Positions 25,741 through 36,383 of a DNA stretch of 51,939 nucleotides are shown one piece after another. Origin of the DNA: a virus (Duplodnaviria; Caudoviricetes); the IMG/VR virus record IMGVR_UViG_3300044723_003553, positions 1 to 51,939 of that record. One strand, given 5' to 3'. Each line of letters starts with the position of its first letter. The first letter of the stretch is position 1. A program made the translations under genes and the position numbers. The notes under the pieces are model-generated. The model did no database searches, was not told where the DNA came from, and saw only the letters and a list, made by a program, of their open reading frames with translations.

Positions 25741-27711
25741 ATGGCTAAACAAACTGTAAACATTGGTACCAACCAAGATGATGGTACAGGTGATGTACTA
25801 AGAGATGCGTTCAAGAAAATTAACGAGAACTTTGATGAGATTTACACAGAGCTTGGCGGCACTAGTCTATCAGGTTTAAATTTTTCCGGAACAACTATCG
25901 GTACAGACACCGCAGGTTCCAGCATAACGGTTGATGTAACAGTTGGCGGACAGATTATATTGGCAGGACCCGTTAGTGTAAGTGAAACATTTGCCGTTAC
26001 AGGCAATACTTCCTTAACTGGCACACTTGATGTAGATGGTAATACAACGTTAGATACAGTCAGTATTGGTGAGACTCTTGCTGTTACAGGTGCTACAACA
26101 CTAAGCAGTGCACTATCTGGTACAAGCGCAACAATGTCTGGTGCAGTTACTATCGGAGGAACAACCACACTAAATGGCAGTGTTGATATCGGAGACAGTA
26201 GTAGCGATACGGTTACAATTACGTCCCGAGTTGACAGTAGTATCGTTCCAAGTAGTAACGAAACAAACAACTTAGGAAGTAGTACGTTACGCTGGGCTAG
26301 TGTATACGCCAAAGATGGTGATTTCTCAGGTAATATCACCTTGGGTGGCAATATTACCGTTGGAGATGGTGACTCAGATAGTATTACGATTAATGCTGAT
26401 CTAACAAGTAATCTAGTTCCTAATGCTGATATTACATTCGATGTTGGTACTATTAGTAAAAAGTGGAGAACCGTATACGCCGATACAGTTAACACAAGTA
26501 GTATAACTGGTGCCACAAGTTTTGCTATTGGCAACTTATCTTTTAGTGGTAATAGTATTTCAAACACCACAACTAATGAAAATGTTACACTAGACACCCT
26601 GGGTACTGGCAGAGTGGTTGTTAGTGATATTACTATTAGTAATAGATCTGCAAACGAAGTATTATTTGCAGGCGTAGGCGGAGCCGTAACTAGCTATAGT
26701 GGATTTACCCATAGTGGAACAACCACCACAATGGAACAGTTAATTATTAACGACTTAACAATTGATGGAAATAATATTACTAGTGGCAGTAATATTGAAC
26801 TCCAGCCAGGCAGTGGTATTATTGATGTGAAAAACGCTGTTATAGATAATTTAGCTAATCCAACACTGGGTGATCATGCAACTACAAAAGATTATGTTGA
26901 TACAGCAACAAATCAGCCTATTACTTTAGCTGTCGACGACAGTACAGCAATCCAAGCAAGGCTAGGTGAAACCATACAAGTACTAGGCACAAATGGTATT
27001 GGAACTTCAGTTGGACCTCAGAGCATTACTGTAACAAATAATGATACCTGGGATACATTTTTAACAAGAGTAGGAACAACAGTTCCAGGGATTGCTGGTT
27101 TAAGTATGAGCAAACTTACTATAGATAGCACTCTTACTATTAATAATAATAATATTTCAACAATAGTTAGTAACGCTGATCTTGTGTTAGATGCAAGTGG
27201 AACAGGTAGAATAGTTGTTAGATCAAGCCTAGATGTAGACGAAACAATTAACGTAACTGGAGCAACCACACTAAGTTCAACATTGGGTGTTACTGGAGAT
27301 GCTACGTTTAGTGGCGATATTACTAATGGCAGGATTACTATTACTGATAATTTAATACATTCTGTTAATACAAATGAAGAGCTACTATTAGGAAGTTCTG
27401 GTATAGGAAATGTTGTAATACAGGACCATTTGAGTCTGGATTCACAATCAGCAACTCCAGCTGCTAATGCTGACAGAGCCCACATTTATTCATTCAAATA
27501 TAGTGGTACTACTAATCGTGCGTTTACAATGGATGGTACTGGTAATTACTATGCTATTGCTCCCAGAGCGTATACCCCCGCTAATGCAGTGGGCGCTGCT
27601 GGTGATAAAAGAGGCGATCAAGCATTTGATACCAATTACCAGTATCAGTGTCTAGCAGATTATGACGGCAGTACTGCAATATGGAAACGGGCAGCACACG
27701 CAACCTGGTAA
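25741..27711 (+). CDS. tail fibre/baseplate protein with gp9/gp10-like N-terminus
   Basis: KQTVNIG...DDGTGD.LRDAFKKINENF; Gly/Thr/Ser-rich beta repeats. Confidence 0.8.
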   Translation: MAKQTVNIGTNQDDGTGDVLRDAFKKINENFDEIYTELGGTSLSGLNFSGTTIGTDTAGSSITVDVTVGGQIILAGPVSVSETFAVTGNTSLTGTLDVDGNTTLDTVSIGETLAVTGATTLSSALSGTSATMSGAVTIGGTTTLNGSVDIGDSSSDTVTITSRVDSSIVPSSNETNNLGSSTLRWASVYAKDGDFSGNITLGGNITVGDGDSDSITINADLTSNLVPNADITFDVGTISKKWRTVYADTVNTSSITGATSFAIGNLSFSGNSISNTTTNENVTLDTLGTGRVVVSDITISNRSANEVLFAGVGGAVTSYSGFTHSGTTTTMEQLIINDLTIDGNNITSGSNIELQPGSGIIDVKNAVIDNLANPTLGDHATTKDYVDTATNQPITLAVDDSTAIQARLGETIQVLGTNGIGTSVGPQSITVTNNDTWDTFLTRVGTTVPGIAGLSMSKLTIDSTLTINNNNISTIVSNADLVLDASGTGRIVVRSSLDVDETINVTGATTLSSTLGVTGDATFSGDITNGRITITDNLIHSVNTNEELLLGSSGIGNVVIQDHLSLDSQSATPAANADRAHIYSFKYSGTTNRAFTMDGTGNYYAIAPRAYTPANAVGAAGDKRGDQAFDTNYQYQCLADYDGSTAIWKRAAHATW

Positions 27712-27715
27712 TAGC

Positions 27716-27723
27716 GATAAATA
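27716..27723 (+). promoter_or_regulatory. late promoter-like motif
   Basis: GATAAATA upstream of 27745. Confidence 0.55.
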
Positions 27724-27744
27724 CTCACAAGTAGAGGAACCGCT

Positions 27745-30700
27745 ATGACCGCGCCTATTTGGATAACACCGCCCGGCAATTTGGGTACTATTGTAGAGCA
27801 AGAGTTCTATCAAGTACAGTTAAACGCAGGAAACGCTGATCACTATGAATGGATTAGCGGCAAATTGCCCAACGGTATTCGTATTACGCCGTTTGGTAGG
27901 TGCGAAGGCTACCCTGATGCAAAAGATTACATACAAGGCGTGCCTGTTGAAGTTGCATTTAACGTAACAAGTAGATTTGTTGTACGTGCAACCAATAGCA
28001 CAGAAGGCACTGTAGCAGACAGAGTATTTGAACTAACAGTTACTGGCAATGATGCTCCTACTATAGATTCATCGCCACCAACTGATCTTGGTGCATCCTG
28101 GGACGGTGACTATTTTGAACAGCAACTTACAGCATTTGACCCGGACCCAGGAGACGTAGTAACCTGGAGACTGCAGAGCGGAAAATTGCCTACAGGATTA
28201 ACGATAAGCACCACTGGACTTATTAGCGGATATATTTCACCAACTCCAACACTTACAGGTACATCAGGATTTGATAATAATAATTATGATATTGGATCCT
28301 TTGACTTTAGTACAGTTGCTGAAAGCAAGCTCTATGAATGGGTCGTAGAAGCTTCAGATGGTAAAGATATTGATCTTAAAAACTACAGATTATTTGTTGC
28401 TAGCAGAAATTCAGCAACAGCAGACACAGATGAAATAACTGCTGATAGCTTTAAAGACACAGCACTTGAAAACACAATTGACTTTCTTGTTGATGCTAGT
28501 TCGAGTATTGAAAGACCACCGGCTTTACTTACCCAGCCTGCCGATTTTGGAACTATTACCCATGACAATTTCTTTGCAACTCAGTTTACAGGATACGATC
28601 CTGATGGAGATCCGATTGAATATAGTATAAGTGTTGGTGCCGCAATTGGCTTTGATGCAACTGGATCAACTTATGATGAGGACTTGTTTGACAGAGGAAC
28701 ACAAGAACTACCACCTGGACTTGTGCTGGATAGTGAAACCGGGTGGCTTACTGGTTATATTCCAATCCAAAACACAACTACTCAAAACTATGAGTTTGCA
28801 GTGCAAGTTTATAAAAAAGACAAGCCAACTATACGAAGCGAGTTTGTTTACTTCACCCTCACGATTGAAGGAGACATTGATAAAAATATAACTTGGCCTG
28901 CATCAGATCTTGGCACTATTAGGACCGGAGATATTAGTGAACTTGATATACGTGCAACTATTAGAAGTGGCGCAGCAGTACAATACGAACTAAGAAGTGG
29001 TACACTTGCAGGCACGGGTAACGAGGGTAAAATTCCTCAGGGCCTAAAAATTACAGCAGACGGCTTTATACAGGGTCGGGTAAATTTTGAGCATCTGATG
29101 TTTGACGCTGGGGAAACAACATTTGATGTAACCCTGTTTGATAAAGGAGAGTTTGCAGACTTTACCACGTTTGAACTAACCTATAAATTCACCGTAAGAG
29201 CATTTAGTAGTAACGGTATAATTGACACTTATAATACATTTAATTTGGAAGTATTGCCAGAAACATTGGATCCGTATGAAAGCCTGTATATACGTGCACT
29301 TCCAAAACAAGCACAACGGGATATATACACCAGTCTAATTAACAATAGCGATGATATTCCTACGCAAGATGTATATCGTCCTACAGATTTTAACTTTGGG
29401 TTACAAAAAGACATTAGAGCACTCATTGCTACTGGATTAGCACCCAAAGAAGCAACCAAATATATTGAAGCAACTGCTAAAAACCATTTTAACAACACAC
29501 TGACGTTTGGAGACATCAAAGTAGCAACATCCTATGATGAAAACAACGTTGCAAAGTACGATATCGTTTATATGGAGTTAATAGATGGCGCAATGGGCAT
29601 TGATCCTACCACTAATAACAAAGCGCCAGCAAGCAACACCATAAATCTAAAATTACAAAAGTCTATTACTGACATGTTCGACTTAGTTAAACCTATAACA
29701 GTTGATAGTGGATGGCCCAAAACGAGTACAGGCAATCAACATGCAGATCAGGGCAATGAAATAGAAGTCTATCCCAATGCTATTCAAAATATGCGTAATA
29801 GAATGAAGACAGCAATTGGTAGTAGCGTACTTGAACGATTTGTACTACCTAACTGGATGCAAGACAAACAGACTGATGGTAATGTATTAGGTTGGACACT
29901 TGCTGCACCAATTGTATATATGAAACCAGGCACAGGCGATCGCACAGCATACAGATTAAAACAACGTAGTGAATTTGATCTCAAGAATATTAGTTTTGAA
30001 GTAGATAGATTTGTACTTGATAATAATTTAAGTAACTTTTATGACAAACAAGACCGGAGTTATAGCACAACAGCAGAAACAACATTTGATTTGTCAGATA
30101 TTGCTAGCAACGTAGTAGCAACAGTAAATCATAGTGTGCCTGGCAATATTACATTTGATAGTTTAAACAAGAAATTAGCAAGTGAAGTTGTTGCAAGTGG
30201 TGCGATCACAGGACTTACAGATGTAGCCCAGCTAAATGGTACAACTGTAATCTGGTTAAAGCACGAAGGCATGTTAGACTTCGACAATGATAACGATGGT
30301 TGGAATGAAGTATTAGACATATACGACAATGTAGGTTATGATTATGAAAATAGCGGCGCAGGAAGATATGCAGGTGAGCAAGAAATCCCTGGATATGTAG
30401 ATAAGTTAACAGGAAATGCTACACAAAACAAACAGGCAGGCGTGTGGACTATCAGTGTGGACGCACAAAATATTACTACATTTACCTTTACTCGCGAAGT
30501 TAACAACGGAGATCAGGTAAAAGTAACTTTCGATAATAAAATTTATTATTATGAACGCAATGCAACAGGCGGAAGAGCACCTGAATATATTGATGTTAAG
30601 GATGTTGATCTAAGCAATGCAGGTATTACTTGTACGTTTGATGGTAATGACACCCGCTTTTACGCAGACACAATTACGCACACAGGACTTGATGCAAATG

Positions 30701-30756
30701 ATGTTTGGATTAAATTCCCACGAATAAATGCTTTCAGAGATAATATACAAAGATAA
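27745..30756 (+). CDS. large virion structural protein with Ig/cadherin-like repeats (baseplate wedge-like)
   Basis: Repeated LPxGLxI..TG.ISG motifs, D.DGD motifs; structural context. Confidence 0.7.
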   Translation: MTAPIWITPPGNLGTIVEQEFYQVQLNAGNADHYEWISGKLPNGIRITPFGRCEGYPDAKDYIQGVPVEVAFNVTSRFVVRATNSTEGTVADRVFELTVTGNDAPTIDSSPPTDLGASWDGDYFEQQLTAFDPDPGDVVTWRLQSGKLPTGLTISTTGLISGYISPTPTLTGTSGFDNNNYDIGSFDFSTVAESKLYEWVVEASDGKDIDLKNYRLFVASRNSATADTDEITADSFKDTALENTIDFLVDASSSIERPPALLTQPADFGTITHDNFFATQFTGYDPDGDPIEYSISVGAAIGFDATGSTYDEDLFDRGTQELPPGLVLDSETGWLTGYIPIQNTTTQNYEFAVQVYKKDKPTIRSEFVYFTLTIEGDIDKNITWPASDLGTIRTGDISELDIRATIRSGAAVQYELRSGTLAGTGNEGKIPQGLKITADGFIQGRVNFEHLMFDAGETTFDVTLFDKGEFADFTTFELTYKFTVRAFSSNGIIDTYNTFNLEVLPETLDPYESLYIRALPKQAQRDIYTSLINNSDDIPTQDVYRPTDFNFGLQKDIRALIATGLAPKEATKYIEATAKNHFNNTLTFGDIKVATSYDENNVAKYDIVYMELIDGAMGIDPTTNNKAPASNTINLKLQKSITDMFDLVKPITVDSGWPKTSTGNQHADQGNEIEVYPNAIQNMRNRMKTAIGSSVLERFVLPNWMQDKQTDGNVLGWTLAAPIVYMKPGTGDRTAYRLKQRSEFDLKNISFEVDRFVLDNNLSNFYDKQDRSYSTTAETTFDLSDIASNVVATVNHSVPGNITFDSLNKKLASEVVASGAITGLTDVAQLNGTTVIWLKHEGMLDFDNDNDGWNEVLDIYDNVGYDYENSGAGRYAGEQEIPGYVDKLTGNATQNKQAGVWTISVDAQNITTFTFTREVNNGDQVKVTFDNKIYYYERNATGGRAPEYIDVKDVDLSNAGITCTFDGNDTRFYADTITHTGLDANDVWIKFPRINAFRDNIQR

Positions 30757-30785
30757 ATAACTGAAGTACCACGGAGATATTTTAA

Positions 30786-31517
30786 ATGGCCAGCAATATC
30801 AATGCAAACAATATAGATGGAACCTTTCCTATTGCAGGACAGGATAATGATTCACAAGGGTTCCGAGACAATTTTACAAACACAAAGACAAACTTTAACA
30901 ATGCCAAAACAGAAATTGAAGATCTACAAAGTAAAGTAGTACTCAAAAGTGCCCTAACGGGCACCAGCCTCTCTAATGCTGGTGCTGGCGCACTAATGAC
31001 AGACTTTGAACTTAGAGACATGAGTGAGACTCGCGTTAGTAAAGGTACTACTAGTGGTACAGTTACCCTTGCCTATACTGAAGGCTCTTATGTCACAGCA
31101 ACCACAAGCGGAAGTGTATCAATAGCATTTAGTAACTTTCCAGCAAGTGGTAAACTTGGTCGCATTCGTTTGGAACTGGATGTACAAAACGTAGCGCACA
31201 CACTAACACTACCAAGTGCAGTGACTATTGGACTAGCAAGTTTGATGGGTATCAACAGCAATACTAGAGTTATTACTTTTGATGAAGTTGGTACATATAT
31301 CTTTGAGTTCACAACAGATGACCAAGGAACAACAATCGCAGTTAGCGATCTAACACGTAATAGAAGTATTATGGAACAGCGTACACCAGCTAACACTGGA
31401 CAAACAGGCGATAAGGCAGGCTTGGTAGTAGTTGACGCAAGTTACATTTATGTTTGCACAGGTACATATGACGGTTCAACTGTAATTTGGAAACGTGCAG
31501 CAATTAGCGCATATTAG
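30786..31517 (+). CDS. tail/virion structural protein
   Basis: FPIAGQDNDSQGFRDNF N-term; C-terminal motif shared with 25741..27711. Confidence 0.7.
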   Translation: MASNINANNIDGTFPIAGQDNDSQGFRDNFTNTKTNFNNAKTEIEDLQSKVVLKSALTGTSLSNAGAGALMTDFELRDMSETRVSKGTTSGTVTLAYTEGSYVTATTSGSVSIAFSNFPASGKLGRIRLELDVQNVAHTLTLPSAVTIGLASLMGINSNTRVITFDEVGTYIFEFTTDDQGTTIAVSDLTRNRSIMEQRTPANTGQTGDKAGLVVVDASYIYVCTGTYDGSTVIWKRAAISAY

Positions 31518-31526
31518 GAATAGATT

Positions 31527-31760
31527 ATGGATTATAAAAAATTACAAGAAAAGATTGACGCTATCTGGAAAGATGAACAAGCAACAGTCGCTGAAGCAAC
31601 ACAAGGCCCAGGAGTAGATGCAGTAATGGAACTTATAGACATGGGCGTTAGCAAAGAAGACTTATTTGATCAAATGATGCGTGATTACAGTGATGACGAG
31701 CTTTTGGCATTTGCTGATGATTACCGACGTATGAATGACTTCCCTGGAATGGAAGATTAA
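31527..31760 (+). CDS. hypothetical acidic protein
   Basis: AGGA RBS; 77 aa. Confidence 0.6.
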   Translation: MDYKKLQEKIDAIWKDEQATVAEATQGPGVDAVMELIDMGVSKEDLFDQMMRDYSDDELLAFADDYRRMNDFPGMED

Positions 31761-31837
31761 AGTACTAAAATATAATAAAACATATTGATTTTAATAACTC
31801 CTGTTAGTATAATATAAACATACTAACAGGAGTTTTT

Positions 31838-32242
31838 ATGACTAACATTGATTTACACAAGTACGCAGAATTTGTAGATGCTGTTACTAGCGAAGAGAGT
31901 AAGAAAAGCTCTGCACTTGAGCCTGTTATGCGAGAACTATCCAAACATGCTATTATGCCACGGTTACTAACTGCAGGAATTGGGCTATCCAGTGAAACTG
32001 GCGAATTTAACGAAATTATTAAGAAATGTATGTTCCAAGGCAAGCCTATGGATGAGGATACGCTCTTTCATATGAAGCGCGAGCTAGGTGATGTCATCTG
32101 GTACTGGATGCAAGCATGTTTTGCATTAAATGCAGATCCCAATGATATTATTCAAATGAATATTGACAAACTAGAAGCACGTTATCCTGGTGGCAAGTTT
32201 GATGCACACTATAGCGAGAATCGTGTAGATGGTGATGTATGA
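31838..32242 (+). CDS. MazG-like NTP pyrophosphohydrolase
   Basis: GLSSETGEF.E..KK, ELGDV.WY, N..KL..RYP. Confidence 0.88.
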   Translation: MTNIDLHKYAEFVDAVTSEESKKSSALEPVMRELSKHAIMPRLLTAGIGLSSETGEFNEIIKKCMFQGKPMDEDTLFHMKRELGDVIWYWMQACFALNADPNDIIQMNIDKLEARYPGGKFDAHYSENRVDGDV

Positions 32243-32493
32243 ACCATCCACTTGCTGGAAACTTGCAGGCCCTTGAAGATAATGTATTAGATACCCGCAT
32301 CAAGGACTTGGCAAAAAAAATTAACTTTGCATACCGGAGTAGCCCTAGCGTGATTCCACAAATGCAAATGATGATGAGTGATCTTCAGGCTGAACGTAGC
32401 CGCAGAAACAACGAAAAAATGGAAAAGGTCATGCAACAGGCTAAAGATGAAAATGGCGATACTGGCAGTTGGGATGATATTATAGACATATGA
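32239..32493 (+). CDS. hypothetical protein
   Basis: ATGA coupling; helical. Confidence 0.7.
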   Translation: MNHPLAGNLQALEDNVLDTRIKDLAKKINFAYRSSPSVIPQMQMMMSDLQAERSRRNNEKMEKVMQQAKDENGDTGSWDDIIDI

Positions 32494-33134
32494 TTACAGT
32501 TAAAGAAAAATTTGGTGCTACACTTATACTAGACGACATGTTGGTGATTCCCAATTTCTGGGACGTAACCGTAACTATGGAACCCAATCCAGCATTTGCG
32601 GATGAGCTTAGTAGTTATAATACGGCCGTGGACAGAGTGCAAGTTTTTATACAAAGTATCCTGGATAACAGTATATTTGTAAGTCCTGAACACATTAAAA
32701 ATTTTATGAATGGGACGATCCTTGGCACTGGGGTTGTACATACAACTCCTGATGTGCCTTATGATCATATTTTAACCATGTGCTTGTATACAAAATTTAG
32801 TAGTATTGTGGAAGGCAGATGTATAGTTCAAAATGTAAAATTAGAAAGTTATCAAGCTGGCGGAGTACAACACAGCCACGGATTAAATGATGGAGATCCT
32901 GAAACACTACGTGATATATTTGCAGAAGAGGATCCAGCATTTGCAGAGTATTGGTATGACAGTAAAGTTAAGTTCTTTAATCTTAGCACACAAGGAATGA
33001 AGTTAAATGTAGCTGGTTGGGAAAAATTTGACCTATCGTTTGACACTCGCCCCGGAGATGTTGTACAATTAGATACATTCAGAAGCAAAAAAACTAAACC
33101 AAAGGATAACGATGACGGAACAGATATCGCTTGA
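32490..33134 (+). CDS. hypothetical protein
   Basis: ATGA coupling; 214 aa. Confidence 0.7.
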   Translation: MITVKEKFGATLILDDMLVIPNFWDVTVTMEPNPAFADELSSYNTAVDRVQVFIQSILDNSIFVSPEHIKNFMNGTILGTGVVHTTPDVPYDHILTMCLYTKFSSIVEGRCIVQNVKLESYQAGGVQHSHGLNDGDPETLRDIFAEEDPAFAEYWYDSKVKFFNLSTQGMKLNVAGWEKFDLSFDTRPGDVVQLDTFRSKKTKPKDNDDGTDIA

Positions 33135-33636
33135 TGCTTTTAGCAGACAGATTTACACACAGGATGATGCAGTGCATGCACTATATGTAAATCCAGGTAT
33201 AGATTTAGCTAAATTAGATTTTCAAGACGTAGAACAGTTTAATCGTGCAAACGAACTTCTTTATACAGGATATGCAGAGTTAAAACTAGCAGGTACGCTT
33301 GATTGTACACCTGAAGAATATCACAGGCGCAATCAACAAACATGGCATATGCCAGCAGAGCATGCAGAGTTTGATATTGCTAAGTGGTTGCTAGATCAAT
33401 GTGAAACAGATGAACAACGTCAGCGTGTAGGACAAGAACTATTATTGTATGTTGATAGAGGGTTAGAAGATTTGTTAAAATTTCTACGTTATATGGTTCA
33501 GGTAATGCGCGATAATAATATTGTCTGGGGCGTAGGAAGAGGTAGTAGTGTAGCTAGTTATGTGCTATACTTAATAGGTGTTCATAAGATTGATAGCCTG
33601 TACTATGATTTAGACGTCACAGATTTTTTACGATAA
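33112..33636 (+). CDS. DNA polymerase III alpha (family C) fragment, split subunit
   Basis: RVGQEL...WGVGRGSSVASYVLYLIGVHKID...L...FL matches DnaE GRGS region; ends before catalytic PDID motif. Confidence 0.82.
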   Translation: MTEQISLDAFSRQIYTQDDAVHALYVNPGIDLAKLDFQDVEQFNRANELLYTGYAELKLAGTLDCTPEEYHRRNQQTWHMPAEHAEFDIAKWLLDQCETDEQRQRVGQELLLYVDRGLEDLLKFLRYMVQVMRDNNIVWGVGRGSSVASYVLYLIGVHKIDSLYYDLDVTDFLR

Positions 33637-33666
33637 ATATTATATACGCATATTAAGGAGATTAAA

Positions 33667-34164
33667 ATGGCACAGAAGAAATACAGAACTTCACAAGGCA
33701 AAATGGTAGATTTTAGCGCAATGCTTACAAATAATGAATTAACACCTGCCCTAGGAAATATGAACGTAAACGCTAGGGGAGATGAGATTTCTGCAGACGG
33801 AACAATTGTTAAGTCACGGGAAGATGTTATGCGTGAGTATTATAAAATGAATACCACCGTGCCTGAAGAGGCTCCAATCCCTGAAGGCAATGTTGCAACT
33901 GCTGACAATATTCCTGAAGATAACTGGGCAGACTGGGAGCCTAACCAAGAAGCAACCACAGAACGACCAGTCCAAGAGCAAATTGAAGAGAAAATTGCGC
34001 CACCAACCCCAAAGGCAACTAACGTTGCACAAATGGTAGAAGAGACTGGTGAACAAAAAGTTACTCCAACCGGAAGTCTAGCAAGTAGCGTAGCGGGTAC
34101 TAAAACAATAACAGGAGTTGATAAATCTAAATTTGAAACTCCATCAGGATTAAAAAGGCTATAA
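33667..34164 (+). CDS. hypothetical phage protein
   Basis: GATAAATA and AAGGAG upstream; YRTSQGKMVD...GNMNVNARGDEI then disordered tail. Confidence 0.7.
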   Translation: MAQKKYRTSQGKMVDFSAMLTNNELTPALGNMNVNARGDEISADGTIVKSREDVMREYYKMNTTVPEEAPIPEGNVATADNIPEDNWADWEPNQEATTERPVQEQIEEKIAPPTPKATNVAQMVEETGEQKVTPTGSLASSVAGTKTITGVDKSKFETPSGLKRL

Positions 34165-34176
34165 GGAGTAAAATTA

Positions 34177-34572
34177 ATGCCGATAAGCAATACTAATCTA
34201 ACAGGAAAATTCCGTCCATTGCACTCCGGAGTGCTAGTTAAAGAAATGAAGTTTGATGAATTACGCACAGCCAGTGGCTTGATTATTCCAGGTGACGATG
34301 GAGAACTGCGTGGTATCCATCCACGCTGGGCTGAAGTTATAGAAATTGGACACGAACAGGAAGATGTAAGTGTTGGCCAGTGGGTACTAGTAGCACACGG
34401 ACGCTGGAGCAGAGGATTTAATCTTAATGGGGAAGTTTGTCGCACGGTTGATCCGGATGATATTTTAGGTATTAGCGATAAACAACCACAGGACGAAGTT
34501 ATGACACCCAGTATGGCTCATCAGACGCAACAGTATGCTGGCGAAGTAGGTGTTGGTAAACTGGAGATCTAA
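34177..34572 (+). CDS. groES: GroES-like co-chaperonin
   Basis: RPL...V, TASGLIIP mobile loop, V.VGQ.V, DILG. Confidence 0.8.
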   Translation: MPISNTNLTGKFRPLHSGVLVKEMKFDELRTASGLIIPGDDGELRGIHPRWAEVIEIGHEQEDVSVGQWVLVAHGRWSRGFNLNGEVCRTVDPDDILGISDKQPQDEVMTPSMAHQTQQYAGEVGVGKLEI

Positions 34573-34575
34573 CTG

Positions 34576-34725
34576 ATGGATATGCCTCCTGCGGCGCCAG
34601 ATCATGTTAAGATTGATATACTTGTGCGGAATATACAAGAACTTCAAGCACAACTTCAGTCTGCATACAAGCGGATTTCGGAACTAACTGAAGAACTAGA
34701 ACGTGAGAAATCAAAAATTAGTTAA
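34576..34725 (+). CDS. 49-aa coiled-coil protein
   Basis: GGAG upstream; heptad pattern IQELQAQLQSAYKRISEL. Confidence 0.5.
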   Translation: MDMPPAAPDHVKIDILVRNIQELQAQLQSAYKRISELTEELEREKSKIS

Positions 34726-35494
34726 CACTCGCTATGGTAACATGTATGTCTTTAGTGATGACCTTACCATTGGTCGGAGTCTAGAGCACTACGGAGAGTA
34801 CTGTTATCCTGAAGTTGATCTGCTGCTAGCACTACTAGACAAGTATAGTTTTGTTTTAGATGTAGGTGCGAATGTTGGTTCACACACACTAGGCTTTGCA
34901 CCTTATGTAAGCAAAGTTGTAGCATTTGAACCTGATCCAGAATGCCATGACCTACTAGTAAAAAACATAGGTATGCAGGACCGCGGCGTTGCACATAAGA
35001 TCAGTGTTAATCCTATTGCCCTCAGCGACAGCGTACAAGAAGTTAGCACACAGTTTGACTACGGTAAAACAAAAGTAAGACCCGGTGGATCAATAGTACA
35101 AACCAAACTAGATAACATAAAGGGCTTTCCTCGCATTGATTTAATTAAGATTGATGTAGAAGGTATGGAGTATAATGTACTCAAAGGTGCTCAAAACACC
35201 ATTACATACTTTAGACCTATACTGTTTATTGAGATGCAGGATGCTAGTATGAACAGTCTAGTGTTTGACTTGCTATCCAGTTTAAGTTATAATATGTATT
35301 GGGCGCCGTGTGCTACGTATAATCCAGACAATCATAATAAGATTAAGGAAGATGTATTTGGCAAACAGCACGGTGTCCTAAACTGGTTGTGTACGCCTGA
35401 GCCAACAAATACTACACTTATACCAGTAACAGATAGAACAGACACAATCGAGAAGGCAGTAAAACGTGAAAGAACTTTGGACAGAAAAGTATAG
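34703..35494 (+). CDS. FkbM-family methyltransferase
   Basis: LDVGANVG, AFEP, IKIDVEG.E..VL.G. Confidence 0.9.
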   Translation: MRNQKLVNTRYGNMYVFSDDLTIGRSLEHYGEYCYPEVDLLLALLDKYSFVLDVGANVGSHTLGFAPYVSKVVAFEPDPECHDLLVKNIGMQDRGVAHKISVNPIALSDSVQEVSTQFDYGKTKVRPGGSIVQTKLDNIKGFPRIDLIKIDVEGMEYNVLKGAQNTITYFRPILFIEMQDASMNSLVFDLLSSLSYNMYWAPCATYNPDNHNKIKEDVFGKQHGVLNWLCTPEPTNTTLIPVTDRTDTIEKAVKRERTLDRKV

Positions 35495-36383
35495 ACCTGA
35501 TACACTAGAAGGCTATGTGTTTCGTGATAACGATCAAAAGCATCAGGTAGAAAGTTGGATTAGCAGTGGTGCTATTCCGCATTTGTTGTTTAGCGGTGCA
35601 CCGGGTGTAGGCAAGACTACACTAGCAAAGATCCTAATCAATCAATTGGGTGTGCAGGATGTTGATGTACTAGAGATCAATGCTAGTCGTGAGACTGGTA
35701 TAGACAACGTGCGTGAACGTATCACTAACTTTGTAGCAACTATGCCCTTTGGTGAGTTTAAAGTTGTACTACTTGATGAGGCAGATTACATTTGGCACAA
35801 CGGACAGGCAGCACTACGTGGTGTAATGGAAACGTATTCAAGCACTGCACGTTTTATCCTAACTTGTAACTATCCTAACAAGGTTATTCCTGCGCTACAC
35901 AGTAGATGCCAGGGTTTTCATATTGAAAAGATTGATACCACAGAGTTCACAGCACGTATTGCTACAGTGCTGGTAACTGAAGGCGTTGAGATTGACATTG
36001 ATACACTGGACAGTTATGTAAAGGCTACATATCCTGATCTACGCAAGTGCATCAACCTAGTGCAGATGAACAGTGTGGATGGTAAACTAGTACGTCCACA
36101 AGAATCAGACAGCGCAATGGCTGACTATAGGCTAGCAGTGGTTGATTTGTTTAAAGAAGGCAAATTATTAGAAGCACGTAAACTACTATGCAGTCAAGTA
36201 CGTGCAGATGAAATGGACGAACTGTTCCGCTGGATGTATGACAATCTAGAACTGTGGAGTGACACACAAGAAGGTCAGGATCAAGCAGTGTTAATCATTG
36301 CTAAAGGATTGCGTAACATTCCTATGGTAGCAGATCAGGAGATCAACTTAGCAGCAACGCTGGTAGAACTTACTCAAATATGA
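35466..36383 (+). CDS. clamp loader AAA+ subunit (RFC small/T4 gp44-like)
   Basis: LWTEKYRP, GAPGVGKTT, NAS, DEAD, SRC. Confidence 0.93.
   Translation: MKELWTEKYRPDTLEGYVFRDNDQKHQVESWISSGAIPHLLFSGAPGVGKTTLAKILINQLGVQDVDVLEINASRETGIDNVRERITNFVATMPFGEFKVVLLDEADYIWHNGQAALRGVMETYSSTARFILTCNYPNKVIPALHSRCQGFHIEKIDTTEFTARIATVLVTEGVEIDIDTLDSYVKATYPDLRKCINLVQMNSVDGKLVRPQESDSAMADYRLAVVDLFKEGKLLEARKLLCSQVRADEMDELFRWMYDNLELWSDTQEGQDQAVLIIAKGLRNIPMVADQEINLAATLVELTQI

Noticed and set aside
25337-27485. Long antisense ORFs within fibre genes (25337..25696, 25842..26597, 27018..27485)
   Set aside because: Expected shadow frames of low-complexity Thr/Gly/Ser-rich coding sequence.
33840-34445. 201-aa antisense ORF
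   Set aside because: Overlaps two well-supported plus-strand genes, including GroES; no motifs.
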